Source: Phoronis australis (Eukaryota > Animalia > Phoronida). Taken from it: a stretch of DNA of 64,000 nt. This document shows positions 1 through 14,676 of the stretch, piece by piece. The notes under the pieces are model-generated. The model ran no database searches, was not told the DNA's origin, and was given only the letters and a program-made list of their open reading frames with translations. The position numbers and the translations under genes are program-made. The DNA lies in assembly GCA_002633005.1 (NCBI GenBank), contig NMRA01000052.1, positions 62,001-126,000 of the forward strand, in the 5' to 3' direction. Every line of letters begins with the position of its first letter. Position 1 is the first letter of the stretch.

Positions 1-846
1 CCTAGCCTCCACTTTACTATTATAACTAGTATCAGCTTTCATCTAATTGCTTATTTATGCAAAGTAGGTCCATTGATAGCTTTGTTAAACATTCTAAATC
101 ATATGCAATGAGCTAAACTAATAGGGTCCATCCAGGGCTTCACAGGGACACTCGAATCGTGCCGTATTTACCCACAACGCCACGATATCTGTCAAACACG
201 TCTGTAGGTACTTGATTTCACGCTATTGGAGTTCCACATGTTCTTTGTTGTTGTTGTTGTTGTTGTATTCGTTACAAGTTTTTCTGTGCTCCATTACTCT
301 ATTCGTCTTTCCAATGCCAATGAAGTATAACTACTGTGCTTTGGGCTGCAAGTTGGATTTCAAATCTGTGGATGCATGATGTTAAGCTCTTGGCCTTCCC
401 AAAATCAATCAAAGACAAGCTAATACGGAGTTTGTCGGGTCAATTTTGAACCAACCAGAATCCCTTTTTTAAGAAATCTTAGGAACATTTCCACGGCCAT
501 ACATTTCGACGATGTCGGACATGACCTGTGAAAATGTGCCATAAATTCCAAAACGAGGACAATGAAAATAGGGCTCTTTCTTACCTCGGCGATGAAGGAG
601 AGCTCTATCTCTGTGTAATCTAGGATGGTTCGATATTTCAAAAGTTTGTCTTTATAAAATAATAATGTTTTGTAATGTACTTTAGCTAATAGTCACTTAC
701 TGGATCCCACATTCTGTGAACCAGTTTCTCTACTGAATTACAGGCATCAAACTGGTTCTCTACGTGCTGGACCCCTGTGTGTGACTATTGCTGTACTTTC
801 TGTAACACTCCATTTAGTCCTTGACATTTTTCAGGTATTTAACAAG

Positions 847-3800
847 ATGACACATCTATCAGGAAAGAGACTCACAGAACTTGTGATGACAATGTCAAGG
901 GCTGTTGATTTCAGGGTAGTGTTGTTCGCAGTTGTTTTGGCGATGTCGAGCGTGTCTGCAGTAAATGGAGAAAATGCTGCTGCACCGATGCCTGACGCAC
1001 AGGTACGATACAGTATTGACTGGAGCATGGTTCTACCTGATGGAATATTCAAACGTAACATACTACTTAACAAATATTGAAGTGTCTTACATGACATACT
1101 AGTAATCTTTCTCTGTGGTACTTCAGCATCAAGTTATGGAATTTAATGTTTACTTATGAGTAAGAAGTTAAATTTCCAATGCATTGGCTTCATTCCGAGA
1201 ACTTATTCTATTGGGGAAGATTTTATCTGTGCGCATAGTGATAAGTTGGTATTCCACACATTGTTCAGTTTTAACAAAAATGTCAAGCGATACTGTTCAT
1301 ACTACTCTCACAATCTTGTGGTTTCAGTTTTGAACTTTGTATGGAACATTGTAGGCATAATGTTAGTATGAATATCTCTCCTTTTTGTGGTTGTGTGTGG
1401 CTTGTTTTAGAGTTATTCTAAGGCTACTCCCTGTAACAGCATCGCTTCGTATCTTTTAATTCATTCAAAGTTTTGTCCATTATATTTACAGCAAGCTAAA
1501 GTTGAAGGAGGTGGAGAGGATAAATTCCATCACAAAATTTTAAAAGTGATCGACAAACAACAGGACCTGGGTTTCACCCATGCTTTTCTGGCGTCCCTTT
1601 CCGTCATTATCGTGTCGGAGTTGGGTGACAAAACTTTCTTCATTGCCGCTATTATGGCGATGAGGCATTCACGCATTGTCGTTTTCGCTGGCGCTATCGG
1701 CGCTTTAGCGTTGATGACCGTTTTATCAGGTAGGGAATTGCATGGTCAGTCTTTGTCGTGACCTTAGTCAGCACTGTCATGTTCAAAGTGAGAATGAAAT
1801 CGGGATTGCAGCAAAGGTTCTATGATTTGGATTGCGGTTTTATTACGACTGACTACATTCGTTGGTGCGTGTGCTCTGAAAACACTTCTAATGTTCCTTT
1901 TGTTAGTATAATGGTCATGACTCCAGCAAACTGCATACCAATGCAATGATCAAAATGTTCTTATTGGAAACAAAATAAGAATTAATGACCCATGAAGTGC
2001 TTGTTAGGTCAAGACGAAATCTCAGACTTCTAACAGGAACAAATCTGGTTTTCAGTGGGGAATCTAACTTTTCAAGCAGTCGGTGACCCCCATTTGCGCC
2101 TTTGTTTTGTGTAATTAGAAACGATTCCTCCACAAAACATGGTTTTCAACAATGGCGCTTCATGGGCTCTAAATTACATGTTCTGATTCATATGAAAATT
2201 TCACCTAGAGTTCTACAAAACATTTGGAATTTATATGTTCCACTTTTGCATGAGTGTCTGCCATAAAATAGGACTTGTGTACTTTTCTCGAAAATTGGAT
2301 AAAACGAAAACGAAATGATAGTTTAGCAAACTGTTAACAATGAGATTATATTGTGAACATTTTTTACGTGAAATGAAATATGGCCATGTTATTGATGGTG
2401 CTCTTTTTTTAGTAAAGTTTACGAAGATTTGGTCGTGTGACCCAATTAATGTCAGACTGGTAAAAAGTCAAAGATTTTGCAGGCTTTCTACTTTCAGAAA
2501 ATATGACTTTACTGAGTAAAAATCTGTAGTTTTGTAGATTTGTGGACTAAATTCACTGATTTGTCGATAAGGTCCTACATAACCCTGGGAGGCACTGTAC
2601 AGTTCTCACTGGGTTTTGCCTGACTATAAACACATCAGTGATCTTGTTGCCTTTCTTCTAGCCAGTCAACAGCTCTATGAACAAAGCAAAAAGTTGTGAG
2701 TCGATTCCCTTCAAAAGTGCTACTATATATCACAGAAACTTTGTTCTGCGTCACGTTTAGTACAAATTGGACCCGGCTACTGTTTAACTGTACACTGCTA
2801 CCCTAAGTATTGCTATGCCTAACTGATGCAGAAAATTAAAATGTCCTCAGCCCACTAGAGGGCATTAGTTGCAGGTCTCATGTGATTGGTTATATGACTA
2901 GTCATTGTTACCTTGCAAAAATAGATGTAGAGTTTAATTTATGTTATTTCTCTAACAGACAGAATCACTGCTGTATGTTTATTAGCATGGTACACAGCAA
3001 TTAATTATAACAGATTCCTGAGATGGTTGCTATCTGGGCCAAGCTTTCTAAAAGTTGTCGCAACCCTGATAAGGCCTTGAACTGGGTATTTATGACTGTT
3101 TACAATGCTATTCACTTTGCTCAAGCCATGATAATTCAAATTTGACTGCTACTTTAAAATGTAATTTGTATGCAGTCTACGGCTGCTGCTAATGTTGTCT
3201 CAGAAGCAATCAATGAACTTAGTACATGCTGTAGTCATGTAAATGATAACTTGCAGTATTAATAATTTTTGAACATGAATTCCCAAGCCAAACAATAAAG
3301 ATGGCATTGTATGTAGCTTTAAAAAGATACTAAATTTGTTTGCATATCGAACAAACTTGAACATTTTGGTCTTCGTCAAAGTAGCGATCGTTTCAATTTC
3401 ATTGAGGGCCAGCATGTTTGTAGTACGAGTCCCCCGAGTAAAAGCATGGGCCATTGATTTTTCCATTTAGTAAGCCTTGGAAGTTTCATGGGTTGAGGAA
3501 TTCTCAAAAGAAAGCTTTTTTCAAAGACTTGGTGGGCCTTGTCCTGCCCCAAAACTTTCACTAAGACAACCAAAATGTGTGTTTTCACTAATGGATAATT
3601 TTACATTGTTTGACCTTGACCTTGTTCTATTCACAGCTTTGCTTGGCTTTGCCACGACCGTTATACCTCGTTGGTTCACGTATTATGCTTCTACAGCGTT
3701 GTTTCTTCTCTTTGGCTTGAAAATGATCCGCGAAGGTACGTAGCGATAGCTTGTCAGACGAGTTCTATGCTAGAACCTCCCGTTAAAGCTTAAGCAAATT

Positions 3801-6800
3801 GAAATTTTAGCAAATCTCAAATTCTGTGTTTTCGAATAGCGATTAATTTGTTTTCAGTTCATACCTGATAGCGTGACAATCATTTCCCAAATTTTTTTAA
3901 GAATAATAAAAGTTTAATGTTCGTTGTCTTAGTGTTTTGGTTGTATGATTTGCCATCATCCTGTGTCTCACTATGTTGTAACAAGAAAGTGTCATGAGAT
4001 AAATGTTTTGATTTGTAGTGATGACGTGTCTGCCACTGGACCCACAAACAGGGATGGAAATGCTCAGTGACATCACATTTTCAAAAAATTGCACTTCTTG
4101 GGTTTTCTCCGATTTGGTTACCCATGGGGTCAAAATGGCACATGTACTGTTTACAGAATTATGCGTTTAGATTAATTTGTTTTGTCCTACAATAGTTGCA
4201 CACACTGCATGCACCTGAAGAGTTGAGAAGGATTAAGATGGACTTGGTCCATAGCGAGCTAATAAATTTTGAAGTCCTTAGTAATTTACAGTGCTACATA
4301 AATGTGGCCTAATTATTATTACAACTGTTTTTAATTCTGGCATTTTAATCTTATTTCACTTGATCCAAAAGTCAAAATGACGTGATGCAAAACAAGCGAA
4401 TAATTTTAAGACTTACGGTGAACTTTCAGTATGGCGTTTTCCCGTTGCTCCCAACTTGTTCCATTCTATAGCCCAACAACAAGTTGGGAAGATGATCCCT
4501 ATAGCCAACATCTTATACGCGGTTGATTAACTCCATTCTGGCATTTATGGTTGCAGGTCTAGCTCTCTTTTGTTCGATAATTGCTCTAATCACCAATAAG
4601 GTCATATCTAGCCTCACTAGACTGTGCTATTAAATACAAAAAAGTTACGTTATAACATATTTGAACTCAAATCAATAGCATTTCTGAATTCCTCATGAAA
4701 CGCTGATCCTGTTTAGTTTTTGAATCGCCAAAATCGCCCAACTACAACCGATGTATCGCCAATCTATTCTTTCCGAATGCTCTGTGTTTGACTGTGTTCA
4801 CACATGGTCTGTATTAAGCCTGGTAGCTAATTGGCCTGCCTGTTGTCATGCCAGACAAAAGACTGTGCATGGCAGTTAACAAAGGAGCTAGATGTTATCA
4901 CAGGCTCATAACCCTCTACATCTGGTAAAGTCACTGAACGGGTGAATGCCGTCATGCGCCAATTTTGGACAAAAAGTATTGTTAAAGTTGACGCTTATTC
5001 ATTGTTCAGAAGGCTTCTAACTTTATTAGTTTTGAATAACCACAAATATTGTCTGATGGTTTGTAACGTTAAGGCATTAATTTGGTGCTACATATGTTTC
5101 ATGGAAAAATGTCACCTGTCGGCCATATTGTGTCCTAAATTGGTGAGGTATAACCAAACTAACACTGTCTCTTGTAGTCGTTTTTGTTCATTTTATTCGT
5201 TCATCTTGTTAGGTTATTATATGTCACCAGACGAGGCTCAGGAAGAGTATGACGAGGTGCAAGCAGAACTCCGGAAGAGAGAGCAAGATGACGTAAGCAT
5301 TAAACTAACGCTCTTAACGTCTAACTACCACTTTTTTGTTTAATAAATTGTCTAATACTGAAAGTAACACATATGTCTGTTATTGACTTCTAGACTAAAT
5401 TGCAGTATTAAAAGTGGTTTTCTGCCACTGAAACAGAATTCATTGTGCTCTCTAGGTATTTTTAGGGTTTGTCCATAAAGATTTTGAACTTCTGTTAATA
5501 TTAAAGCATTTTCCCTAGTTTCAAATTTCAAAAACATTTGTCAACTGCTCGCCACTTCCCTTATATGGAAAATGTGACCTTTGACTTGAAGCAACTGACT
5601 GTGGTAACCACAGAGTTTTTCCTTCACACGCATTTCAAAAATCGAGAATTTTGCTATTTTTGATAGAAATGTCCTCACGGGAAATTGAATTACTCTGCAT
5701 TAGACGTCGCGAGATTGTACTTTGGTCAGGAATTGTTTAAAAGATATATTTGACGAGCTTTCATGTTCCATGCCTCTTTACACTCTTCATCTTTTTTTTA
5801 TAATTGTAATTTCTGCACTTATGTTTATTTTCATTTTGTTTCTCGTTTTATATTAAGTTCGTGTTGTGTTTATTTTTGTAATCTTTTTGCAAACCAAACT
5901 TGAAGTCTATGACTTTTTGTGCTATACATGTTTTTCTGTAATTTGTACTTTTATTATATTTTTATTGTATTTTCTGTACTTGTGTGAGCTGAATAATTGA
6001 AGCAATAATAAGAAATAGATGTTTAAAGGTTATATAGGAGCTTAGAAAAATGTCCAGAGTTGACCAACTTGGAACGTCGCATCTCAGAAACAACTGATTG
6101 CATTCAAATGGAGCTTTTTTAATTTATTCTATGCCTTTTGCACATGTCTATAAAACATGTTTTTTTACAATGATCCAATTTTGCATGAGGAGCTATTAAA
6201 AGGAATATCGCAGCAAAGGCATTTTTAAATCGAATTAACTTTCTCAATTTCTTGCTTAAGGTATATTAAAGCGGAGAGGAAGTGTAGATTTATTTCACTT
6301 AAAGCGGTTCTAAATCTGTCTTCCATCACAAAAAATAATTTTTGATTTAAATCACATACCATCATGATATTGGTCTCTGATAACTCGTTATTGCTTGAGA
6401 CCATGCTTCATAAGCTGCCTTGTCACAATAGGTTGTTTTATTCAGTGAGCATGGTTTTCTTAGAGAAATAACGAATTGTCAGTTCTTTCCAACACTAAAA
6501 TTCACTTTTCTTCTGTCAGAGTAAGAAACAAGTTGAGGTCAATTTTATATAACAGCGTGTTGTCAAAATTTAGGTTATGGGTTTACTGCGACTTTTAAGT
6601 CGAAGGTGAAATACTAACCAAACCATTTGCGAGTTTGGTTTCTATTGAAATAGAATTTATGGGCAATTCAAATTCCCTGCATAGCTATGGGGCTGCTTAA
6701 TGAAAAGTGACCGAGGCCAGAAACTTGGTCGTATGCTACACTCAACTATGTTCTCTTGAGCAAAAATGCAGTCTCTGACGTTATACACATTGCTGCTAGT

Positions 6801-9489
6801 TGTTGGGATGATTTCTGTAAAATTGTAGACGATAATACGCTAATAATTACTTGGCTAAACCTTAATACATTTCCTGTTTTTGAAGCTGGCAGCTGAAAGT
6901 ACAGGGCAAGATGTAGAAACCGGAGTAATAAAAACGCCCAGTAGACGGTGGTGGATGGCATTTTGCTCACGCATATTTTTACAGTCATTTACACTCACAT
7001 TTCTTGCCGAGTGGGGTGATAGATCTCAGATTACCACAATTATTCTGGCTGCGAGAGAGGTAAGACTGCTTCTAGTTTAAGTCATTGCATTAATTTTTGT
7101 TCTCAATTTATAATGCCTTTGATGATCTGACTGGACATTTCGTGTTGTTGGGTTGTGCAAATTGTCAAACAATACTGTTCTGTCATATTGGCATGGACAC
7201 AGTCTTGCACAGGCACTAATAAATCATCTTGCTTGGATTTGATATCGAATTATCTACCATTGATTTCTTCCATCATAAAACCAGTAAAGGGGAACAAATT
7301 CCTAATAATGATGTTTGTTTTGATGATTGTGCTGACACGTAATGCTTTTATTGTAATTATAATTAGTTTTGTTTAAATAACATCAACGTTTGCCAGAATC
7401 TTTAATCGGATAGCAATTTGACACCATTGTTGTTTTGTTCCAAGTAAGAGTACCATGATAGTGACTCCTGCACTCCCTGGTGTCTGGTATAACAATGACA
7501 GTGACCCTCACTCCCTCTCGTGTCTGCTATCCCAATGACAGTGACAATCACACCTTCTGGTGTTTGCTATCACAATGTCAATGACTCTTAAACCCCCTAG
7601 TGAGTGCTGTTACATTGAAAGTGACTGTCCCATCCCCTGGGGTCAACGATCACAATGACAGTGACTCTGAGACTCACACCCTCTGGTGTCAGCTATCACA
7701 ATGACAATGACTCTTACATCCCCTGGTGACTGCTATCACAGTAATGGTGTCTCCCTTACCCCTGATGTTTGCTATCAACTTTTGATAGTGACTCTCACAC
7801 CCCCTGGTGACTGGTATCATAATTATTGTGACTGTCACATCCCTTGGTGACTCCTATCACAATGACAGTGACTCTCACACCACCTGTTGTCTGCTATCTC
7901 AATAATAGTGACTCTCACACCCCCTGTTGTCTGCTATCTCAATAATAGTGACTCTCACACCCCGTGTTGTCTGCTATCTCAATAATAGTGACTCTCACAT
8001 CTGGTGACTGTGTTATCAAATTGATAGTGACTCTCACATCTGCTGGTGACTGGTATCACAAAGTTGTTACCGTATTCCTGGGCAATTGAACCAGTTTGAG
8101 ATAAGGATGTACCACTGGAGAATTCAATGAAACGTCTATCTTATTGTCAGATTTTCCTCTGGAAAATAAAGGTTTCCCCTACCATCAGTTTTTTAGTGAG
8201 AAATGTACCTCGGGCTAAAGAAATTTGGTCATAATTGAACCTAACATTCCATTTGTAGTCTACAGTGAAGCTGTAAATAAATGTTTTGCATTTAAATATA
8301 ATTGCTGCATTTAGGTAAAATATAAATAGGAAAAAATCCTGGAATTAACTGAATCTGCTCTAGTGTGAGGTATGAAATTACAGCTCACATCCAAAATGAC
8401 TCAAAATTCTCGGTGGTGGTGGCTGAGCACAAGCATAATTCCATATCATGACGGCGGAGCACTAGTGATATTCACAATCAGAGAATTGTTGTCATGACGG
8501 GGAAACAAAACCTTGTCCAATTATTTTTCGCATGTACAGCACACTTAGAATTTTCAAAGTTTGCACAGTATGTTGAAATCATTGATGGTGGTCTCTGATC
8601 TTGGTTTCAGGATGTAATGGGTGTTATTATCGGTGGCACACTGGGGCATGCTTTGTGCACAGGTCTAGCAGTATTGGGGGGCAAACTGATAGCCCAGAGG
8701 ATATCCGTTCGAACAGGTGAGGCTTGGGGTGCCCTTGCTCAAGTGTGCGTGCATGCTTTGAAATGGATGCAAAATAATTCGTGCTGTATATCTGCGCATT
8801 AGGGCTTGTCTGCTTTCTGTGAAGCAGCACTTAATACAATTTTAAATTAAAGCAAAATACTTTGTGTTCAACTTGATGTAACCCAGGGAGGAAGTTCGAT
8901 AGCTTGTGAGTGATGGTTGATGGAGTTGTTGTTTGTTTCCGGAAGATGTGTGTGCTGGATGTAGAACTGTGGCATATATCAAGGTGGGAGTCTCTGAACT
9001 CATTGTGGGCTACTTGGAAATGACCACATTTGAGTATGCGGGAGTAGCAAATGTAACAATCTTGACAAAGGAAAAACACCGTATCCTGCAAGGTCAAAAG
9101 ATCCATCTTAATTAAAACTGCGATTTGTGTCTACTGTGAACTGATGTCAGGGACTCCAACTCCACCTGATATTTGCCACTGTTCTACCTCCAGGTCATAG
9201 TACTTTTGCAAACATCAGTAACAAGCCATTAGTTGACAAGTACCGTAGAGTGCTCCTTAAAGTGTTCCAATCAACAGCATGTCTCAGAAGCAATCTTAGA
9301 CTATTGTTGTACTCATCATTTGTAGCATGTTTTTTCCATCGACTGTGTGTTCACCATTAGATGTTTTTCATCATTGCTATTGTCATATGTGATTACAACC
9401 TTTGTTCATTTTCTTTTCCAGTGACTCTTATTGGAGGTTTTGTGTTCATCATATTTGCGTTGTCAGCATTCGTCATCAATAGAGAATAG
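847..9489 (+). CDS. TMEM165: TMEM165/GDT1-family (UPF0016) Golgi Mn2+/Ca2+ transporter, 7 coding exons, ~306 aa
   Basis: Exons 847-1002, 1492-1729, 3637-3735, 5213-5292, 6886-7059, 8611-8716, 9422-9489. All introns are GT-AG with compatible phases (921 nt in total). Both UPF0016 motifs are present (SELGDKTFF; AEWGDRSQ), plus an acidic central loop (EAQEEYDEVQAEL) and a hydrophobic N-terminal signal-like segment. An acceptor at 833-834 implies an upstream exon. Confidence 0.95.
7460..8062. repeat. 40-bp minisatellite (GTGACTCTCACACCCCTGKTGWCTGCTATCWCAATRAYA-like) in TMEM165 intron 5
   Basis: 40-nt periodicity is visible (e.g. 7871/7911/7951); roughly 15 degenerate units. Confidence 0.9.
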
Positions 9490-11509
9490 GTGGATATTTA
9501 TATACTCATTCCAGGACTGTAGCCTGTCTACTGTGTAGTCTGTCTACTGTGTAGACCCTTACGGAAGGGTTGTGCTGTATAAGCTAGACTTGGCATCGTG
9601 AGGGTTCATAGTTAATTATTTTAAGATACTGTTAGTACAAAATGTACATCATTCATTTTCCCTCTTGGAAGCCAGAGGGAAATGTTTGCATTTTATTTAT
9701 TGAGAAGTCTTTCTCACTGGTGAAACTCCTCTTATCATATGATTATTCCTTAATAAAAGCCATTTCCTCCTTTAGACCACTTACAGCGCCATATTTTAAC
9801 TCTAAACTCTTCTCGACAGATTAATANTCAGATTTTCCTCTGGAAAATAAAGGTTTCCCCTACCATCATTTTTTTAGCGAGAAATGTACCTCAGGCTAAA
9901 GAAATTTGGTCATAATTGAACCTAACATTATATTTGTAGTCTACAGTGAAGCTGTAAATAAATGTTTTGCATTAAAATATAATTGCTGCATTTAGGTAAA
10001 ATATAAATAGGAAAAATTCCTGAAATTAACTGAATCTGCACTAGTGTGAGGTGTGAAATTACAGCTCACATCCAAAATGACTCAAAATTCTCGATGGTGG
10101 TGGCTGAGCACAAGCATAATTCCGTATCATGATGGCAGAGCACTAGTGATACTCACAATCGGAGAATTGTTGTCATGACGGGGAAACAACCTTGTCCTAT
10201 TATTTTTCGCATGTACAGCACACTTAAAATTTTCAAAGTTAGCACAGTATATTGAAGTCACTGATGGTGGTCTCTGATCTTGGTTTCAGGATGTGATGGG
10301 TGTTATTATCGGTGGCACACTGGGGCATGCTTTGTGCACAGGTCTAGCAGTATTGGGAGGCAAACTGATAGCCCAGAGGATATCCGTTCGAACAGGTGAG
10401 GCTTGGGGTGCCCTTGCTCAAGTGTGCGTGCATGCTTTGAAATGGATGCAAAATAATTCGTGCTGTATATCTGCGCATTAGGGCTTGTCTGTCTTCTGTG
10501 AAGCAGCACTTAATCCAATTTTAAATTAAAGCAAAATACTTTGTGTTCAACTTGATGTAAACCAGGGAGGAAGTTTGATAGCTTGTGGGTGATGGTTGAT
10601 GGAGTTGTTGTTTGTTTCTGGAAGATGTGTGTGCTGGATGTAGAACTGTGGCATATATCAAGGTGGGAGTCACTGAACTCATTGTGGGCTACTTGGAAAT
10701 TACCACGTTTGAGTATGCGGGAGTAGCAAATGTAAAAATCTTGACAAAGGAAAAACACCGTATCCTGCAAGGTCAAAAGATCCATCTTAATTAAAACTGC
10801 GATTTGTGCCTACTGTGAACTGATGTCAGGGACTCCAACTCCACCTGATATTTGCCACTGTTCTACCTCTGGGTCATAGTACTTTTGCAAACATCAGTAA
10901 CAAGCCATTAGTTGACAAGTACCGTAGAGTGCTCCTTAAAGTGTTCCAATCAACAGCATGTCTCAGAAGCAATCTTAGACTATTGTTGTAGTCATCATTT
11001 GTAGCATGTTTTTTCCATCGACACTGTGTGTTCACCATTAGATGTGTTTTTCGTCATTGCTATTGTCATATGGGATTACAACCTTTGTTCATTTTCTTTT
11101 TCAGTGACTCTTATTGGAGGTTTTGTGTTCATCATATTTGCGTTGTCAGCATTCGTCATCAATAGAGAATAGGTGGATATTTATATACTCATTCCAGGAC
11201 TGTAGCCTGTCTACTGTGTAGTCTGTCTACTGTGTAGACCCTTACGGAAGGGTTGTGCTGTATAAGCTAGACTTGGCATCGTGAGGGTTCATAGTTAATT
11301 ATTTTAAGATACTGTTAGTACAAAATGTACATCATTCATTTTCCCTCTTGGAAGCCAGAGGGAAATGTTTGCATTTTATTTATTGAGAAGTCTTTCTCAC
11401 TGGTGAAACTCCTCTTATCATATGATTATTCCTTAATAAAAGCCATTTCCTCCTTTAGACCACTTACAGCGCCATATTTTAACTCTAAACTCTTCTCGAC
11501 AGATTAATA
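8147..11509. repeat. ~1.68-kb direct duplication (8147-9826 / 9828-11509) joined by one N
   Basis: The copies align end to end with scattered SNPs/indels; the junction is exactly an N. Confidence 0.92.
10290..11172 (+). CDS. TMEM165: Second copy of TMEM165 last two coding exons (10290-10395, 11105-11172); probable allelic/assembly duplicate
   Basis: Same peptides as 8611-8716 and 9422-9489, with only synonymous differences seen (GTA/GTG, GGG/GGA). Lies in block 9828-11509, which repeats 8147-9826 across a single N at 9827. Confidence 0.75.
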
Positions 11510-13251
11510 GGCACCAAGTCAGTGCTCATATGTTATGTGGTTACACTGTAGAAGTGGTTGCAGTTTTCTACTGCCATTTTCTCTGTTGCAAACTAAATTC
11601 ATAGCAGTTTGAAGTTAACAATAACAATTAAATTAGACTTTGACCCTGTCTGTGGCTTTATGTGGGAAATCTTCATGGCACTTGGTACTAACATTAATTA
11701 ACACTGACCTCTACTCCTGTTCAAGTTAGAGATGTCCATGAACTAATGATTGGCTCAAAGTGAATGTTGCTATGAAATAAATCGAACAAGTGTATCAAGA
11801 TAAATTTTAGATGTAACAAGTAGTAATACTTGAAGATAGATCAGTTTGCTCACATTTGTTATTGATCCCACTTACGTAGCAAATCAATTTTGAAATTATA
11901 AGTTTTCGAGTATGAAATTGATTTGTTTGTAACTTTATTAAGAATTGAGATAACATTTTTGAACGCATGTAAATATGAAACTCAGTGGATCAATTCTTAT
12001 GCCGGTATTTTTCTGTATCGGTGCACCTAGATGCTTTGAGAAATCATTCAAACCTAAAGCCCATAACACACTCTGATGACTCATCAGTTTACAAATGTAG
12101 GTAGGTGTTGTGATATGAGCTTTGAGCTCATAAGTCCTATGAGATTTGTCATTTGAGATAAATCATATCCAATTCAACTTTTGTTCAACTGCCAGATCAT
12201 TGCGTGTTATTTTTGATATGATTTTTAATCAAGTGTTTTGATGTGGATTGAGATGTGTCGGCGAAATCACGAAATGAGGCGAGTCACGAATGTTTCCATT
12301 TGCGAATGTCATAGTGCTCCTGAATCCTATTTGAAGTAACCCCGTTATACATGACAATCTGACTACTGTCTACACTATGCGGAATGTGGGACAGTGTCGA
12401 CTGGGCTTGTGGGTTTAGTCCTTGAAGCAGGGCATGGATGAAATGGAAATTCAACATTGTGTTTAGGAACATTAATTACGATGTTAAAAAATGAAATGTA
12501 CTATGTAAAAATCTTGTGCAATATCATCAAACCACCCACCGTGCTGAAAAGTCGATAATAAATTTACCAAGGAAACACTTAATTCATGATTGGTGATAGT
12601 TGAATGTAAAGTTTGATTCTTTTTCTTGCACTAATTGGTAGATCGAGAGCAAACAGTGGTCAGTATGTTGAGGGCGAAGTGATTGATTCCACGTGTAATT
12701 TTTGTTCTATCATGAGTTGTTGCGAAATATAATGTTATTGCTCAGGAGCCTGTATTAAATGGATTTATCAGTACTTCATGTCGACAGGGACTTTTTGTTT
12801 CAACATGTCAACTCTTTCACTGCCATGTACTTTTCTGCAACTTGCCTATTCCTGCCAAATATGGCAATGGCAAGTTGGGTGGTATTTGTCCATTCTCGAC
12901 TCGGCTAATCCCAAATTTCAAACAACAGGATGACGGTTGCATCAAATCCCGACTGAAAGGAATTTTACCATTTTTAAGAAGAAATTCCTGTCGAAATGTG
13001 GTTGATGCAATGGCCAATAACTTTCCATCACTGAGGTTTCATCGACTTGAAGTCAAAATGATTCTGATTCGGTATGCTGGGAGACGAGGTATGAACCGGG
13101 ACTGGCAGGGTACGTATTTTTAAATTTTAAGCAAATCTCTTCATTGACCATTAGTGTTTTTTAAGCCGACTCGAACATATGTCATAATTATGTCATTAAA
13201 CAATGTGAGCATGTTAGCTTGGAAGTTTCATAAAAATCCCCCAACAAATAA

Positions 13252-13487
13252 CATGCGTGCACACAGCCTAAAAAATAGGGGGCTCGAATTTTTGAGAATA
13301 TGGACCTTTCACTAAAAAAGGGAAACAGGGTGGGGTATGTTTAGAGCTATGAATTGTGCATTCGCCGAATGCCTGCCTTTTAATAAGGACTTTTCTATCA
13401 TTTTCTGCTTTTTTCTCACTTTTTGTTTCTCTGAGGCTGACCTTTACCAAATGGGGGCTCGTTTGAGCCCCCCAGGGTGTGCGCATG
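13252..13487. mobile_element. CATGCGCGCAC-type MITE family copy
   Basis: CATGCG…CGCATG ends; shared core GGACCTTT.ACT.AAAA…GAATTGTGCATTCGCC. Other copies at ~21361-21595, ~26083-26340, ~46403-46552, ~54100-54242 and ~55260-55473. Confidence 0.7.
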
Positions 13488-14676
13488 AATCGCAAATGAA
13501 TTAAGATCATTTTTGACAATTCCACCCTATTTTCTAGGTATCCTCAAAAATAATGGACAGTGAAAGAAGATGTATAACTGATCGCACGTAGATGCACAAG
13601 TTTTTAAGGGAAATGTGTAACATGTCCAAATCTATCCAGACTTCGATGTTTTTATGGCAGCCTCAATTCACAATGGGACGGAAATATCACGATAAACTAG
13701 CACTGTTGTCAAACTAAGTCGGAGTTTAATATTGGATGCATGACACGGACACGCATTGTCATTCTTACGATTCGGTCAGATACGTATCTCTTTGGCACCA
13801 TTTTTGAAATTAGTTACCAAACATACTGATACACTGTCAGTCTTGTACCAACTTTCATATGTGGTGCGTAAACATTTACAAGTGGTTGTAGAACAGGTCA
13901 AGTTATTCCTGGAACAATTTGCACCCGATTTCAGTCAAGTGTGCTGCTTGTTGTCTGTCTGTGTGTCCAGAGGTGTTGACCTGTTCGGTATTCCTTTTTT
14001 ACTTTTCTACAATGCATGCCAAAAATAATCAATTGGACAAAATTCCGTTTCCTTGTCACGACGTGTAATAATCTGTAACTGCCCATCATTCTTGCTATTC
14101 TGGCATTGAATTCTGCGTGCACTCATCTGCCATGGCAGCTTGATGGAGAAGATTCTGGGCCACTGTGCCCCATTACTTATGGGGTGACTGCACTTTGCAT
14201 TTAAAAAAATCAGTACTTCTGCATTGCAGTGCACAAATTTCAAGTATGTCACATGGCAATACATAATTTGTACTCACTTAACTAGGAAGGGGTACTTTTT
14301 AACCAAAACATAAAAACACAAATATTTCAACAATGAGAAAGCAATAAATACAAGTAACGATATGACAATGAAAAATATAGTACAGTTGCATTACAACAAA
14401 CCCTCCTAGGAACTTTGTATACCATTTGTTGAAAACTGAAGTTTGCTCTAACCAAAGCAATTTGTATACAATTCGTATGACTTGGGACATTTTTCTAGAC
14501 CCATGTGCTCATAATTACTTGGCAAAACTTCATTCAGGAACAGCGAGGTGGGAGCGTAACACCACATTGTGGTCTTAAGTCACTTTTAATGAAACAGTCC
14601 CAGAACCAACTACCGGTATATTCTTGGCATACAACAAAGTTTGTTGTAGAACAGTTTGACTGAAACAATCAAAATG

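Noticed and set aside
7460-8062. Regular 40-bp repeats resembling a CRISPR array
   Set aside because: Contiguous tandem units without unique spacers, no cas genes, eukaryotic intron: a minisatellite. The same applies to the 20-bp array at 34323-34532.
12826-13116. Possible TIR element or ORFs downstream of TMEM165
   Set aside because: Inverted ends are too weak and the peptides unrecognisable.
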